Part shown: one piece after another, positions 48,680 to 63,510 of the stretch
Position numbering within the stretch: the first letter of the stretch is position 1
Layout: each line of letters starts with the position of its first letter
Source: Amphiscolops sp. MND2022
Taxonomy: Eukaryota
Direction of reading: 5' to 3'
Assembly (NCBI GenBank): GCA_964187785.1
Contig: OZ076409.1
Span: 39,930,001 to 39,994,000, forward strand
Length of the DNA stretch: 64,000 bases
Position numbers and translations under genes: made by a program
The notes under the pieces: generated by a model
The model's input: the letters and a program-made list of their open reading frames with translations, nothing else
Databases searched by the model: none
Told to the model about the DNA's origin: nothing

Positions 48680-49250
48680 ACTCAGAAGGTTTTTTTCGGC
48701 ATTGTGAAACTTTTCCCAAAATGTTTCTTGATGTCGCCAAAGGGTCCCCTCTTTGGTTATTTTGATTTTCTGCAACAAAATAAATGATCAAAAAGCCCAA
48801 AGGGTCCGTTTTTTGGCACTGAAAATTTTTTCCAAGGGTTTTTGATCCCGTGGAACTGATGAGTTTTCTCACTGAATATGATTGAAAAGACCTACAGTTT
48901 TTTTTCGACTGTGCAACTTTTTTCGATACAGTTTTCGTTTGGTCAAATTGTACCCTTCCCGTTAATAATTGTTTTCGGCCTAAAAGCGTTCGGGGAGCCC
49001 AAAGATCCTTTTTCGGCACGATTAATATTTTGTCCAAACTTTTTTGGAAAAATATTTATAAAAGAAAAAAAAAATAGTTTTTGATGTTTCAAGTTGGGGA
49101 AAAATTAGTTCGAGTCTTCTGCGTATCCCTTCAGGTTTTTTCAGCACTGTAAATTTGATGAAATTCTCAAAAGTATCCCATTGCATATTATATTTAAACC
49201 AGTTTTTTTAACCTTGAGCGGGGCGCCGACTTGGGTCGTTCCCGGCTTGT
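48680..49250 (+). repeat. Decayed dispersed repeat, probably non-autonomous Helentron/HINE-like
   Basis: Internal repeats (TTTTTCGGCA.TG, CAAAGGGTCC), GC-rich 3' end GGCGCCGACTTGGGTCGTTCCCGGCTTGTT, and a related remnant at 20455-20705. Confidence 0.5.
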
Positions 49251-51800
49251 TTGGGACTACACAGTTTTTACAGGTAAAAAAGAACCATTTGGACAAACCC
49301 CAATCACAAGAATATAGGCTGAAACGTAAAAATTCCCAAATCCATTTTTGGCATTTTTCCAATAGAAACACGGAATTTTTTGCTAACAAAAGCTAACAAT
49401 TGTTCCTCAGAGTTCTTTAGTACAATTTACGCCAACATGGCAGCTTTAAATTTTCTCGATTGTTGGACTGATCTTTCCCAAAAACATACTGGAGACAAGT
49501 TGAGAGGTACAACACGCCAAACCGATATCAAACTGATTGCTCATTGGGCAATATGAATTGTTACTATCAGTTTCTTGCTCAAGAACCCGTCTGTGATGAG
49601 TAGGCAGAATTTCGAGCATCCGTTGGGCACCAACACAGCCCTAATGATCTAATGAATACTACACTGACCACAAAAACCAAAAAGTATGGTTTATTCCTTC
49701 TTTTTACACTATTTTCTTCATATTCCCTTAATCTTCACACAAAATCATACCAAGTAGCCTAAGTAGTCAAATAGAAATACTTCGAAACATCCAAAAACTA
49801 GGAAAACTACAATGCTTTCGAAAATTCAAATTTTAAGTCAATTTTGAATATCCTTTGTTAAAAACCTATATTTCTTCAAAAAAAGACGGAGTAGCAGAAT
49901 AGAATGAAGGTCGTTTTGATCTCCGTGGGTTGTTAAATCCACAAAAATAAACGAAATTGGAAAAAAGTACATAAACATGTCCGAATAGGGAAATTTCGAC
50001 ACTTCTCATTTCACGCATATCTTTGGAGGAAACTTTCCTCCAAAGATATGCGTGAAATGAGAAGTGTCGAAAGTGTGTAAAAACAAACAATTTGTTTTGA
50101 AAACAAATTGTTTGTCAAAAGGTAGCATGTTTGGTAGCCATTTCTTGTTTTCGAACTCATTAGATATTCATATCCATCAAATGATGTAAAGGACGTTCGA
50201 AAAAAGGATGAAACTGCCAAAAAGTTTTTAGCCATGTTTGAATTTACTGGGCATTAAAAACGTAGTCATTAAAAAAATAATGTCAAGTTTATAATTTTAA
50301 AAAGTTTGCTATAAATGTATAGTTGTGTCTCCCAACTCTTTGATTTTTCATACCCACCAAAGTGGTCAAAAGATGTAGAAAATCTAACAGGTTGAAATTG
50401 AAGAAGTTCCAAATTTGTTTTGTAAAAACGTACAGAACTGTTGAATTGTCCGTCGTTGAAATTCGAGGGAAAGTATCGAAATTAACAAAAATGGGACCAA
50501 ATAAACAAAAAGTAGAAATTTTCTACATTTAATTTGGGGCATTTCAATGTCAAAAAACTTTAAAGTTCTTCTCAAAAGAGTATTGAGTAGGTATATTGTC
50601 CTCAGCTGAACTTAAATGATGTTTTTCGAAACGTTCAAAAACTGCACAAAAATAGTCAAAAGTGATGTTTCCTTTTTTACGTATTTTTCAGGCACTGCTA
50701 CAAAACATTTCTGACTGCTCTTCGTAAAAGCTAGTTGGTTCGTCGTTGAGCTCTGCTGATTTTGTAACACTTCTAAAGTTTCAAAAACTGTCCAAAAGAT
50801 GCATAAAAATGATCAAATGATGGAAAATTCAATAAAATTTGACCTCCTTGCGTTATTCCGGTCTTCAAATACCTTCAAAAATACATACGCTACGAACCTA
50901 ATTTTATGTCAATTGGATTTGGTTAAAGAACCTCTTTTATTTTGCTATAGAAATGCAACATGACAAATTTTGGAGAGAATCCGCAGCTAAGTTGTAACTT
51001 TTGTCCCGTATGTAAAGATTGGCTGAAAATAAAAAGCAGTTATCCAGTAAATGTGATGTGGGACTTCATAGATACGCATGCTGATGGTAGAGATATGTTA
51101 GAATATACATCTAACATCCGCAGAGTTCTTACTACGCCCGTTTAAAGACAGATTTTTCCTGCCATTATGCTTTTAGGATTGTGATAGGCGATTTTAACAC
51201 ATACCTTGGTAGTGAGCAGTAATAGTTTAATAGCAAAAATGGAGGTAACGAAGATATTAAAATTTATAATTTTATCAAAAAATATTGAAGTTTTTCATAC
51301 GAATAAGATAGAACAAGTCGCGTGTAGCAGGTGCGCGCTGTTTTCTCGATATTCAAAACTCAAGAGATGTTTCATTAATTTATAACTTTGCAAGTAATGT
51401 GCTTTCAAAGTTTCCACCCGTGACATGAGCTGTCTCAAGTTTTTAGTGGAAGTCATTTAAAGTACTATGTGCGCTGATTTGATGCGATCTTTCAGATTAT
51501 GTTGAAATATTTCACAAAAATGATCAACATTGCCTGTAATGTAATCATTTCAGCAAAAGACACAATAGCAAATACTGGGCGAAGGTTACGTAAACTAGTC
51601 AATCAGAAACACACTGACATCACGGTTATTTCCGTGCTCTTGCAAAAACTTCAAGCATGTAAATTGACTGGAGGGATACATATCTCGGAGTTCGTAAAAA
51701 CGTCAAAACGCTCACCCAACTTCTCAAGAAGTACCCTGAATATCTTTTAGTAAGGTTATGAACATGTCATTCAGATGGCTGGAAGTAAGAATTTTATATT

Positions 51801-52675
51801 TTTAGGAGTCGGAAAAAATTTTCGACTACTTATGCAATCGTGCTGTTTTTTTTTGCTTTTTTTTCTCCCGACCTTTTCATGAAAATTTCAAATTTCTCAA
51901 AAACTGTCCATACGATTTTCACGAAATTTTGCACAGTCATTCTACACCCAAAGGGGCCCCTGCGTGTGCAAAGGCATCAAAATCGTATGGCTGGGATGTG
52001 AGAAACATAGCCAAAATTAGCCCAAAAATGGCCAAAAAACAGCCATTTTCAGACTTTTTTCGATTTTCTCAAAAACTGTCCATACGATTCGAACGAAATT
52101 TTCTACAGGTATTCTACACCATATTAGAGTCCCATATGTGCAATGGCATCAAAATCGTATGGCTGGGATGTGAGAAACATAGCCAAACTTAGCCCAAAAA
52201 TGGCCAAAAAACAGTCATTTTTCGATTTTTTTTCGATTTTCTCAAAAACTGTCCATACGATTCGAACGAAATTTTCTACAGTCATTCTACACCATATTAT
52301 GGTCCTTTATGTGCAATTTCATTAAATTCGTATGTCTGGGATGTGAGAAACATAGCCAAACTTAGCCCAAAAATGCCCAAAAAACAGTCATTTTTCGATT
52401 TTTTTTTCGATTTTCTCAAAAACTGTCCATACGATTCGAACGAAATTTTCTACAGTCATTCTACACCATATTATGGTCCTTTATGTGCAATTTCATTAAA
52501 TTCGTATGTGTGGGGTGTGAGAAACATAGCCAAACTTAGCCCCAAAATGGCCAAAAAACAGTCATTTTTCGATTTTTTCGATTTTCTCACAAACTGTTCA
52601 TACGATTCGAACGAAAGCGAGTCAGAAGGAAAAAGACTTAAGCCGACTCCTTTACCGCATATGCGGCTCTGGTTT
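51801..52675 (+). mobile_element. Helentron/DINE-1-like non-autonomous element with a ~172-bp tandem array (~4.2 copies, ~51890-52612)
   Basis: Subterminal IR AGGAGTCGG (51804-51812) / CCGACTCCT (52643-52651), 3' palindrome CCGCATATGCGG, T-rich ends, no TSD seen. Confidence 0.75.
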
Positions 52676-54996
52676 GAAATGACGGTCAATAAAACTTGGT
52701 TCCCTTCATTGAAACAGTTATGTTCCCAATGGGCAGTGCTATCAGTCTATCTTCACTGTGTCAAGGGATGTGGTAATCCCACATGAGGGCATTCAACACG
52801 GCAAAGCAATTAAGGACTCCCTACATGCTTTCAACTACAGCAGTTCAGAATACATGCACAATTCAGTGCAATGCATTCACACATTTTACAAGCTGAGTTA
52901 TATGAGGAATTTAAAATGTACGCAATGTATGATTGCAGTCCTATTGCCATCTGCATGAATTTGCAGCAATTTAGAGAAGCCATTAAATAATTTTGGAAAA
53001 TAAGGGGAAAATGCAAATTTGGACGATAAACTCATGCTGTAATCGGTAATAAGATTCTTACTTAGTACCAAAAAACTACGTGCATCAAGGTTAATCGATT
53101 GTTTACAAACATTTCTAATCCCAAAAGCATCAGAAGTGAAACAAGACTCAACGATATGTTCCCATGTAGCGTAAATTTCTCTGGAACCCCTTGACATGTC
53201 AATTTTTGGTCAAATGTCAAAACTGGAACCGAAACGGATTGTAAGACTTTTCGTTTTCCAGTAGCTTCAACTATTTGTTGAGAATAGCTCCATTACAACT
53301 TAATTAAACCCGTAGGCACCATGTACGAGGCAAGAACTGGCTGAGTATCTACATAAATTTTCATTAACTCCGAAGAAGAGACGAATCAACTTAATCGAAG
53401 ACGGTGGAGTGTGACAAGGAAATCACGATTTTTACAACTTTGCAACTTGCTTTCTTTCGGGGGGTTTGTCTAGCTACTATTCAGCTGTTTTAAGGTGTCT
53501 TTTCACAAGTGAAAAGAAGCTGTTTGATAGTTAATTATTAAACATCGAATAAATAGGGCGATTAATAGACACACATATTTTCACACCCACGAATAATAGA
53601 ATGAATAGTATGATAACATCGATAATAGTGGAGAATTGTATGGGTTATATTAAGAGTCATTCACCACAAGAAAACAATAAACAAGAGCTTCAGCAAGGTT
53701 TGGTTGTGTATCCGTGAGGATGAGGGTGATATCGAAGGAAGTAACTCGCCGCAAAATATCTATCGGTCTTGGAGTGAAAACCAATCCGTGTATTCTAAGA
53801 CCACTTAGCCTGTTCCTGGTTTTCTAAGGCCACTTAACCTGTTCCGTGTATTCTACGGCAATTTGCCTGTTCCGTGTATTCTTAGGCCACCTAACCTGTT
53901 CCGTGTATTCTAAGGCCACTTAGCCTGTATTACATGTGGTACGATAGACCAGATGTCAACCCTGCTGCCGGCTTTAAATTCGTACTAGGGTATGGCGGAG
54001 TAGCAACGACTTTGGCTGCTTCAGGTTGTTAGGCTGAAGGCACCGGCTAAACGGCCAAACGATGTAAATCTGCAATTTCGATAATCCGGTACCTGATCCG
54101 GGATGCTATCGGACGCAAAGTAGCAAACTGCTCCCTAGATTTCACCTCACTTTATGTGTTTTCAAATGGCGTACCTTTAGACCTTAGTTACTTTTTTGGC
54201 AGTTTAGTCATTCAAGTTTTCGTATTTCGTAATCATTCCATTTTGGTGCCTGACTAAGTGTTGAGTAATACAGATTCTCCTACTTCGGTACCAAAAATCA
54301 TCAGAATTACTTTTTCTCATCACTAGTTGGACCTGGTTCTACCTTTCTGTCAATCATGACTAGTGCTAGTGGTTTAGTTCGTTTTCAATCACCTTTAGGA
54401 GGAGGTATCACTGACTCCATTTTTCCCACTTCTGCAAACACGACTTTAACATCGGCTCTGTTATTGACATTTGCACTTTTTGTCAGGTCTCTCTTCCTCA
54501 CACGACTCCTGACAACTCCCTTTAGCAAAAAATGGCTGAAGGAGAAAATCCCAACAGTTCAAATGGCCTAAAAAGCTGTTTTATTTCACACCCTGAGAAG
54601 TCGATAATCTACCAACACATTCTAGAACAAATATTAGATGTTTCGATAATCAGGGCCAAAACCAGTTACACCGTCTGCAAGGGCATTTAAACGGCTACTT
54701 CAATTCTCAATTACGCTGCATTTAGGGTTGCTATTGCGCGCTTATACGTTGCCTACTAAGCGATAACAAGCAAAAACAACTATTTAGGCCATTTTAGGGC
54801 CTTTTTTAACGTTTGCTGGTTCTGTTCCCAAAAAGTGCAAAGTATTCTTTGCTTTCCATTTGACACAAGTTAGACAATGTAACTTTCCTCAAATTAGGCT
54901 ATTTTCGAACCTTTTAAGACAATTGTAGCGATCACATGCAAACTATGGAGCAAAGCATTATTGGAAATTCGTCAAAGTTTTGCACGCACGTTTCTC

Positions 54997-55196
54997 NNNN
55001 NNNNNNNNNNNNNNNNNNNNNNNNNNNNNNNNNNNNNNNNNNNNNNNNNNNNNNNNNNNNNNNNNNNNNNNNNNNNNNNNNNNNNNNNNNNNNNNNNNNN
55101 NNNNNNNNNNNNNNNNNNNNNNNNNNNNNNNNNNNNNNNNNNNNNNNNNNNNNNNNNNNNNNNNNNNNNNNNNNNNNNNNNNNNNNNNNNNNNNNN
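54997..55196. other. Assembly gap (200 N)
   Basis: Run of N. The flanks correspond to positions ~185 bp apart in the homologous intact LTR. Confidence 0.99.
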
Positions 55197-58100
55197 AGCG
55201 GCCGTTTTCTTATTAGCTACGCGTACAGCCACTAACAGCGCGTTCTCAATTTCATTCCTTTTGCGTTCTAACACGCTTCGGAAGTTTGCATTCAATACCT
55301 CTTCTGCGCACTGTGAAGTTTTTCACTCTCAAACACACGCATTAACGTAATTGTTTGACTGAAATCTTGTTCATAAATGAAAGTGACTTCTAGTACGATT
55401 TTTGTACGAAATCACTTCCTGAAAGTTCTGTAAAGTTTACTCAACACGTAGTGAGGTCGAATAGGAACATTTATTTGTTTTAATTTTTCATATATTCGCA
55501 ATAGTTGCAGAGAATTTCGATATGAAAGTTTCCTTCCGAATAAAGGTTTCATACCTAATTCTATGTGGTGGCGGCGTCCGTATTGCAATAATATTGTGCG
55601 CGGTCGCCTCATAGCAGCTAAGAATGCTTGTTTTGATTGTCAACGTGACTAAAGACGATATTATTGACATTGAACAATAGGGCGAGGTACTGGAAGTATT
55701 TACTATTATCTTTACTTTCACAGATATCACTTCCGAACAATCTACATTTCTGAAGGTAGAAAATTTGAATATACATCATAGCATGTTCAAAAGTTAAAAG
55801 CCCTACTTTCTCGTCCACTTGGACAACTACTTTCCTGAGTAGTTGGTTTGTTCAAATTTTTATTCTGATACTAATGCGTTCTGATTCGGTAAAACTTTGT
55901 CCAGTCAGGTTTTGAAATAGCCTTGTTTCATCTACTAACTTTGTAAGCAAGTGCTTGAAAAACAATAATAAAATCACTTCATATTCTATTAGCATCCGCT
56001 TTTTTCAATTCATTTTTATATCTTTTGGAACATTTAAATTTTACAGCTTTTTTTCACACCATTTTATCCTTTACAATCTCTTGAAAGATTTTGGAGAGTG
56101 AAGTGTTGCAAAAACTACAACAATCTCTTTTCTATTTTAGCTAAAATCTTACTGACCAGGCTTTGTAGTTTATTCTCCTGAAATTTTTAATTCTTTTTGC
56201 AATTTTCTGTCCAAGCGAGGAAAAATATAGCTTCTGAGTTTTTCGACGAGGCAAATAATTACAGAGGGAGGTGGTTAAAATATTACCGGGTGTAGTTTGG
56301 GTACAAGTTACTAAGGTGAAAAAAAATTTCGTCTCAAGTATGGGGTTCCGTAGTTGTCATTTCCGCGATTTAGCAGTTGCAAAAGGTCATCCGCGCAGGC
56401 TTAGATGAACAAATATCCCATCGCTGGTTTCGGACGAGTTGTAACTGTTTCACAAAGGTACCCGATTACATCAACACAATTACATGGAGAAAAATACAAT
56501 AATAGTTTTTTAATTTGAAAAAAAAATCAAATATGAAAGTCGTTTGAATTGTTGTTTGGACGACCACTACAGCGTTTCAATTCTCGCGACGAAAACGTTG
56601 GAGTTAAAGCGAAGAAATTGCACGTGAGCCGATACCGACCTTGCTGACGCAATTTTTCTGATTCAGCACCTCATGACTGACTGAAGCTCACGATAATTCA
56701 CTTAGTTATGCTCGCGAACTGCGAACAAGTGAAAAATTAGCATCACTACTTCGGATGACTCAACTCACCTGACCACAATCCGAAGACATTACGGTTATTT
56801 GGTACGTACTACGTACTCGTTTATGCTGAAGGGAATTGACGGTCGACGATTCCGTGTACTTTCTACTATCAACGAGTCTGAAAGATTACTCTCGTTATCT
56901 GTTTCTTGGTTAGGCGGTCAATCTTTCCCACCTTTGTGTATTTCTTCATAAAAAGATAGGAGTTTACATCTGAGGGTTCGGGACATCTATATACAAGAAA
57001 GGTTAGTCAGAAAATCCGTCTCGTCGTCTTCTGCATTCATCAAGCGAGAGGCGTCGTGAAACAACACGTGCGTCCGGTTTCTATTGGCTTGGATTACAGC
57101 CGCAATGGGGCGAAAAACAAGGTATGGCTGATTTTTGGTCTCTTGGTCTGATGAGTCGGTTTCATTCTGTTTTTCTTCAAAGTTCGGAAGCGCCTTCGTT
57201 GCTAAAAGTTCATCGCGTTCCGTAGTGACTCGCCAAGATACGGCTTCAAACGATTGAAATGATTGGTTTGCCACTTATACGGGGAACCCCGCTAGCAAAT
57301 CTGATAACTCACATCATTTTTTTGCTCTAACACTTCGTATGAACCGTGCTAGGGCAGGTTAAATTTTCGCTGTTTCACTTTGTGTGGTTCGAGCAGCCAC
57401 ACCAAGTCTCCTAGATTATATGGCTTCCCACGGACTTGTCCTTTATAAAATGTTTTCTGTCGACGTTGTTCTTTTCCCATAGACATCTGCGCGTGACTAT
57501 GTACTTCGTATAATTTTTCACTCAAATGTGAACTTACCTCACCTAACTTTAATCGGGGATCATTTGGAGGTTTCGGAAAGTTTAAATCGATGGGGTTTTG
57601 CGCTTCCTTTCCATAGAGCATTAAAAACGGGATCTTGCCGAGAATTTTACGTACAGTGGTGTTATACACGAAAGTAACATAAGACAAATACAAATCCCAT
57701 TCCTGGGGTCTTTCCGCGCAATACTTCGATATGTTGTTAGCGATGACTCGAATAAAACGTTCTACCCGGCCATTTCATTGGGAATGGTACGGAGAAGTTC
57801 TAGTCTTCTCAATCATGAAAGCCTGGCGAATGTCTTTCATCACCTTACTTTTGAAATTCGTTCCTTGATCAGAATGCAACGTATGTGGAGCCCCAAATTT
57901 CAAAATCCAATCTTCGACTAAAGTTGTGGCAACTGGTTAAGACGTCATGTCTTTCAAAGGTACGGGAACCGCATACTTTGTATATACATCTGAAATCACT
58001 AAGATATACCGCGCCTGCGACTTTTTTGCAAACGTTACTGGCCCCAAGATGTCTGCTGCTACCATGCGATTCGGCGCCTTAGTTTCGAAGGATTGCAAAC

Positions 58101-60847
58101 TAGCTTCTCAACTTTTTCGTGCTATTGATTTGGCTGCGCAATGCTTACATTTTACAATAAACGTTTCGACGCTTGGCTTGAGCCCAGGCCACCGGAACCT
58201 CTGTTTAATCCGTGACAAGGTTTTCTCTATCGCAAAATGACCTCCGCTAAGGTGAGAATCGTGTACCTGGCACAACGATTGTTGGTACAACACTTCGGAT
58301 AGCATAATCGCCGGTACTACAACCTGCCATATTTCGATCACGATTGCTGGGGTTACATATTCGATAAAGGACACGATTTGCCAATGCAAGATATTCCCAA
58401 TAACTCCAGAGCTCGAGCGCTTCTGGAGAACTACATCCGAACACGACTTCGCCGAAGATGGGATTAGGTCCTAAATCTTCTATCGTACCGTCTATTCGAA
58501 TTCTATGCCGTAACATTTCGCGAAGCATGATTCCCATGCCTCGATCCATTCGTTGGTCATATGCATAAATGACTGTGTGATCTAGTTCACGGGATATGCC
58601 CCCTCACTTGCTCGGTTACTAGCATTTGCTCTGGAGTGGCGACGGAATATACGGAATCTTTATCTGCGGAAGCCGACGTACTACGTCTTGAGGAAGCGGA
58701 CGGGTACAGTTGTACCTGATCTCTATGAGTATACAGAGAAATTGTAGAATAGGACTCTCGGAAAACTGCTTCAAGACAAATAGCTATGTTCACCCACTCC
58801 AATTCATCATCAACGCAACATATCCTAGGTATCGCAAGTTTTGAAATTCTACGTTAACTAGCATGTTTTTCATTCTCAGTAAACATTCTTTCAACAAATC
58901 GTGCTTAGCTACTACATCTTTTGTATAATTCCTGATGAGTACATACAAGTAACGTCCGGGTTTCTCTTCTCTACACACTAGAAATTCTCCACCGCGATGT
59001 ACCGACTAAGGGATAGGAGGTGAATGCGGATACGATCTAACGAATGAATGCATGGGAGTAGTAGTCAATCTCATGTGTGCGGCAACACACAAATCGAATG
59101 AATCAGGCGGTTGAAGAAATCCATTCCTGGATAGCGGACTGCTTCTCTTGGGTATGCGAGATTTGAATTCTTAAATGCCATGTTATGTCATCTGACGATT
59201 CGTTTCTCCCTCGAGTTTTAGTTCGGGCGGACTGAAAGACACCTTCGGCTTCAAACAAAGCACTATCGAATTTGGTAAATTCGGGGATTGGTCCTCTCAA
59301 TGCTTCCTCTTCGCCTGGAAGCCATTGCGGTACGTCATTTGATCTCCGATTATGACCACCCGCATTACAACGCTTGTCACCGGATCGATGCACTTATTGG
59401 ACAACTTTTTCTTCAGCGTTAGGAACGGTTGGTCATGTTCTTCGGTCCAAGTGAATTTGAAACCTTTGCTCGTCAACAAGTGAAGTGACCGAGCTTTTTC
59501 TGCAAAATTCGGGACAAATTTCCGATAAAAGTTGCAGAAGGAAACAAATGAGCGAACTCCCGTGACGTCTACTGTTCATTCTCATTCGCGTACTGCCGTG
59601 ACCTAGGTAGTGTACGTCAGTGCGAAACAACTTACATTTTTTCGGCTTAAGGCGTAAGCCGGCTTTGCGTAGTACGCCAAACACTTTTTCCAAATGCTCC
59701 AAATGTTCTTCAGGCGCTTTACCAAACGTTAGCACATCATCTAGGTAGATCAACACATGTCTATAGAGGTCGTCTTTCAATATGTTGTTCTTATTTCGTT
59801 GAAACGTCGTCTGAGAGCATTCATTCACCCAAACGGCATCTTCAGACCTTCATATAAACCTCCACCGGGAGTACAGAAAGCTGTTTTATGCCGATCTTCG
59901 TCTACGACTAGGATCGGCCAATAACTGCTGGCTAAATCAAAGGACGAGAAGACGCCTGCCCCCTGCAGTGAATCGTTTGGCCTATTCGTGGTAACGGATA
60001 CGCATTTTTCACCGTGAGGTCGTTCAACCAACTGTAGTCAATAAACTTTCGGTTAGAGCCGTCTTTCTCAGGCACCATGACATCGAGTCTGCTGAAACGA
60101 CTCTTACTCAGCACGATCACTCGCTTATCAAGCATCTCCTGAATTTCTTCTCGAATCGCTTCGAGTTTAAGCGGAGCATTTTCACAGGGCTTTATTTGGA
60201 ACGGTTTTGCATCGCCTATATCAATTTGATGTTCTACACCTACCACACGGTTTCCAGGGGGTCCGAAGGCAAGGAGAACACAACTTTAAAATTACCGATT
60301 AGAACACGTAATTTTTCCTTTATTCCGGTGTTCTCGATACCAGGAGTGGTTTAATTCAAAAATTCTTCTACGTGACGCTCGAGTTTTTGGTTAATATCGG
60401 AGGTCGATGACACTGTGTCAGGACCAGGTACCGTTTTAAAGACAAGAGCGTCATCTTCCGGAGGAAGAAAAGGCCCGCCTAAGATTGGGATCCGTACCTT
60501 GACGATTGAGCCACCATCATGAATTTCACTCATACCAGACTTTCAGATCCTCTACTACGACGAATTTGTCGCTCTGGTGTCTATAACTGTCCATTATCGA
60601 CCGTTTTCTACTTCGTATGGAATTGAAAGCGTTGCTCCTGGAACGTACTTGCTATGTGCAATATATTTCGGTTTATTTTCGTCCAGCAACGCCTGATTCG
60701 GAACTTCTGCATCGTTTTTGGAACGAATTTTACAGAGCCAGCTTTTGCTTGTGTATCTTCAAAGATATTTTGTTCAGGGGGGCGATTTACAAAAGGGGGG
60801 ATTGGGTTCCCTTGTGTAAAATCCTACGGGACCAAATTCTTCGCACA

Positions 60848-61828
60848 ATTCTCGCCTGATTTCAGGAACGGTACGCCTGCTTCGATTTTGCTGTCGCAGA
60901 CGGCTTTCGTTACTCCTAGACCTAGGGCGACTGTTCGGATAGTTTTCGGAACGCTTGTAGCAGAAAAGGGAGGGATAGGATCGCAAGCGCGAGTAGAGCC
61001 TGCTACTGCATACTCTGCTGGCGGTAGTTTAAATGACTTGTTTGCAGTTGGTTCGGACACTGTCGTGCGTAGTGACTTATTGTTTCACACTTTTAACACT
61101 CCGCTTCTTCGGGGGAGGGTGCGTAATGTTTTCATGTCCAAACGATTCTACCCTATTCGGAGTTGCACGAGAGTTAGGGGTAAGTTGGCTTGGGGACGAG
61201 GAGGCTGCCAGCTCTGGGGCTGCCCACCAACCGACCGTTGCAAATTTTCCAACGCTCCTACAATCGCAATGGTAAAATCTTTGAAATATATCTGTAAACC
61301 CTCTTTCATCAAAACCTCAATTAATGGCTGAAGTGAACAACGCAGAAACTGAATCTGTTGGAGTGTCAAATCAGACTTCGCAAATAGTTGAAATAGAAGA
61401 TAATTACGAACGAATTTGTCGCCTGAGTTCAGCATCGGTACGCCTGCTTCAATTTTGTTGTCGCAGACGGCTTTCGTTACTCCTAGGGCGACCGTACGGA
61501 TAGTTTTGGGAACGTTTGTTGCGGAAAAGGGAGGGATAGGATCGCAAGCGCCAGTGGAGCCTGCTACTGCATACTCGGCTGGCGGTAGTTCAAATGACTT
61601 GTTTGCGGTTGGTTCGGACACTGTCGTGCGTAGTGACCTATTGTTTTACAATTTTAACACTCCGTTTTTCGGGGGAGGGTGCGTAATGTTTTCATGTCCT
61701 AACGATTCTACCCTATTCGGAGTTGCACGAGAGTTAGGGGTAAGTTGGCTTGGGGACGGGGAGGCTGCCAGCTCTGGTGCTGCCCACCAACCGACCGTTG
61801 CAAACTTTCCAACGCTCCTACAATCGCA
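60848..61828. repeat. Tandem duplication (~420 bp) of the gag/pol junction separated by a ~143-bp filler
   Basis: 60848-61268 matches 61413-61828. Filler 61272-61414 matches 63250-63390. Confidence 0.92.
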
Positions 61829-62480
61829 GATGTTATATCGGTTATACTTTGCACAACAGTTTCTATTTGTCTGGTCGCCGATTCGGTTTGTTGAGGAATC
61901 TTTTGGGAGATTGAATTTTCGAAACTATTGAAGCGACTTGCAAAGTTGGTTACCGCTGTTTGTATGGCGGAAAAGTTTTCTTCGATTTGGTTGTTATTTG
62001 AATAACCAGCTCTTACTACATCTGAATATTCAGGGTCGTCGTATGAGTAACAGAGTTGATCAAATTTTTGATCTCTTTTTGTTTCTTGAGGCTTGCAGAT
62101 TGTTTCAAGTTCCTGTGCTCTGTCCAAAGTTCCCCCAAAATCACGGTCACGCTCGTCTTCAAACAATTAGTTTGTATTCTTGACTCAAAACGTCCTTCGA
62201 TAAACTGATCTCTCATATTTCGTTCTCTTTCGGGGAGGTGGTTTGTCAGGGAAGGCTATGTCTGCGAGATGACGTAATCTTCTCGAGAAATCTCTCGAGA
62301 AGTCTTCGTTTACCCATTGTTTAACTGCTTTAAATTCCAATCGCGTAGCTCGGTGGCAGCGATTTTGTTGCATTTTGGGCTGAGGCGTTTCAAGGAAATC
62401 ATCGAACCGTGGGAGATAACAGCCTGTTTCTTTCATAACATATTTGTGGGGGACAGTTTCAAATTCATCAATCGCCCGAA

Positions 62481-63510
62481 ATTGTGCTGGATTGGAAGTG
62501 AATATACATGTAGTTCATCAGTTCCTTAAAAAATCAACGTTCATTTATCAGCACTTGATTTGTATTCAATTCGTCTTTATTTTACCGGTGCTGTTAATCA
62601 CGTTGAGAATAAACCTGTAGTTGCATTAGGTGTGAAAGTTCATTTCTTTCACATCCTTATAGTATCAAAGATTGTAGTGCTGGTAATTACCAAGTGTAAA
62701 TTGGTGACTTGGTGTAAATCCAGTAATCGCGCTACCATTGCTTCGGTTTTGGCCATGCAGCAGCAAAGTGCGACACAAGCGATCACTAATTAACACCTGC
62801 CAGACTAACCAATGAGAAAAGGCAGTTGATAAGAATTTGAGTCTTACCAACTAAGCGTGACACACAACTTGCAAAAGGGGAAGCCGCGATAAGTGACTAG
62901 TCAGTGAAACACTCATACGACCTACTGTTCAGTTGCTATGAAATCTTGCCATATTAGCTGACTACTCCTATATTTGATCCTACCCGATCGTGGATGTTGA
63001 ATATAATCAAAACTGCAAGCTGATCTGAAAGTATATTCCACAACAAAATCCATCGTATACACATCTGCAATAACTTGGTGAACTGATGTTTCAATAAAGT
63101 ACCACGTTTAGTCTACATTAGCAGACTAAAGTATTCGCCTTTGGAATTAGACTAATCTCATCACAAAGTCATCTACAAATCCATTCTTTACTACAGTTTA
63201 TTTTTTAACCATCACTTGAGTTCAGAAGAGGGTACTAGACTTCGAAGTTGTAAAATCTTTGATATATCTGTAAACCCTCAATCATCAAATCCTCAAATAA
63301 TGGCTGAAGTGAACAACGCAGAAACTGAGTCTGTTGGAGAGTCAAATGTGACTTCGCAAATAGCTGAAATAGAAGATAATTACGAACGAAAGTTCAACGA
63401 AGTAGTAGAGCTGAAGAATTTAATGATGGCAATGATGGAAAAGTCAAGCAATACCCGTACTACTACGTCAGGTAAAAGTTCTTCAAAGCAACCCTTACAA
63501 GGGTCTGACA
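62481..63510 (+). mobile_element. Probable partial or solo LTR of another family, with a gag-like ORF start inside it
   Basis: AATAAA signals, ORF MAEVNNAETES...LQGSD open up to a ...TCTGACA end, same layout as 48173-48551. Left boundary is uncertain. Confidence 0.45.

Larger units (their letters stand above)
53240..62480 (-). mobile_element. Older decayed relative of the 25578-39701 Gypsy (3' LTR 53240-~55807, broken pol including macrodomain, partial gag; RNase H and most of protease deleted; no 5' LTR)
   Basis: Colinear similarity to the intact copy throughout, with many stops and frameshifts. Confidence 0.95.

Noticed and set aside
49400..51780. AT-rich stretch possibly of transposon origin
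   Set aside because: No termini, TSD or coding motif could be identified.
54936..55350. ORFs spanning the N run
   Set aside because: Artefacts of the assembly gap.
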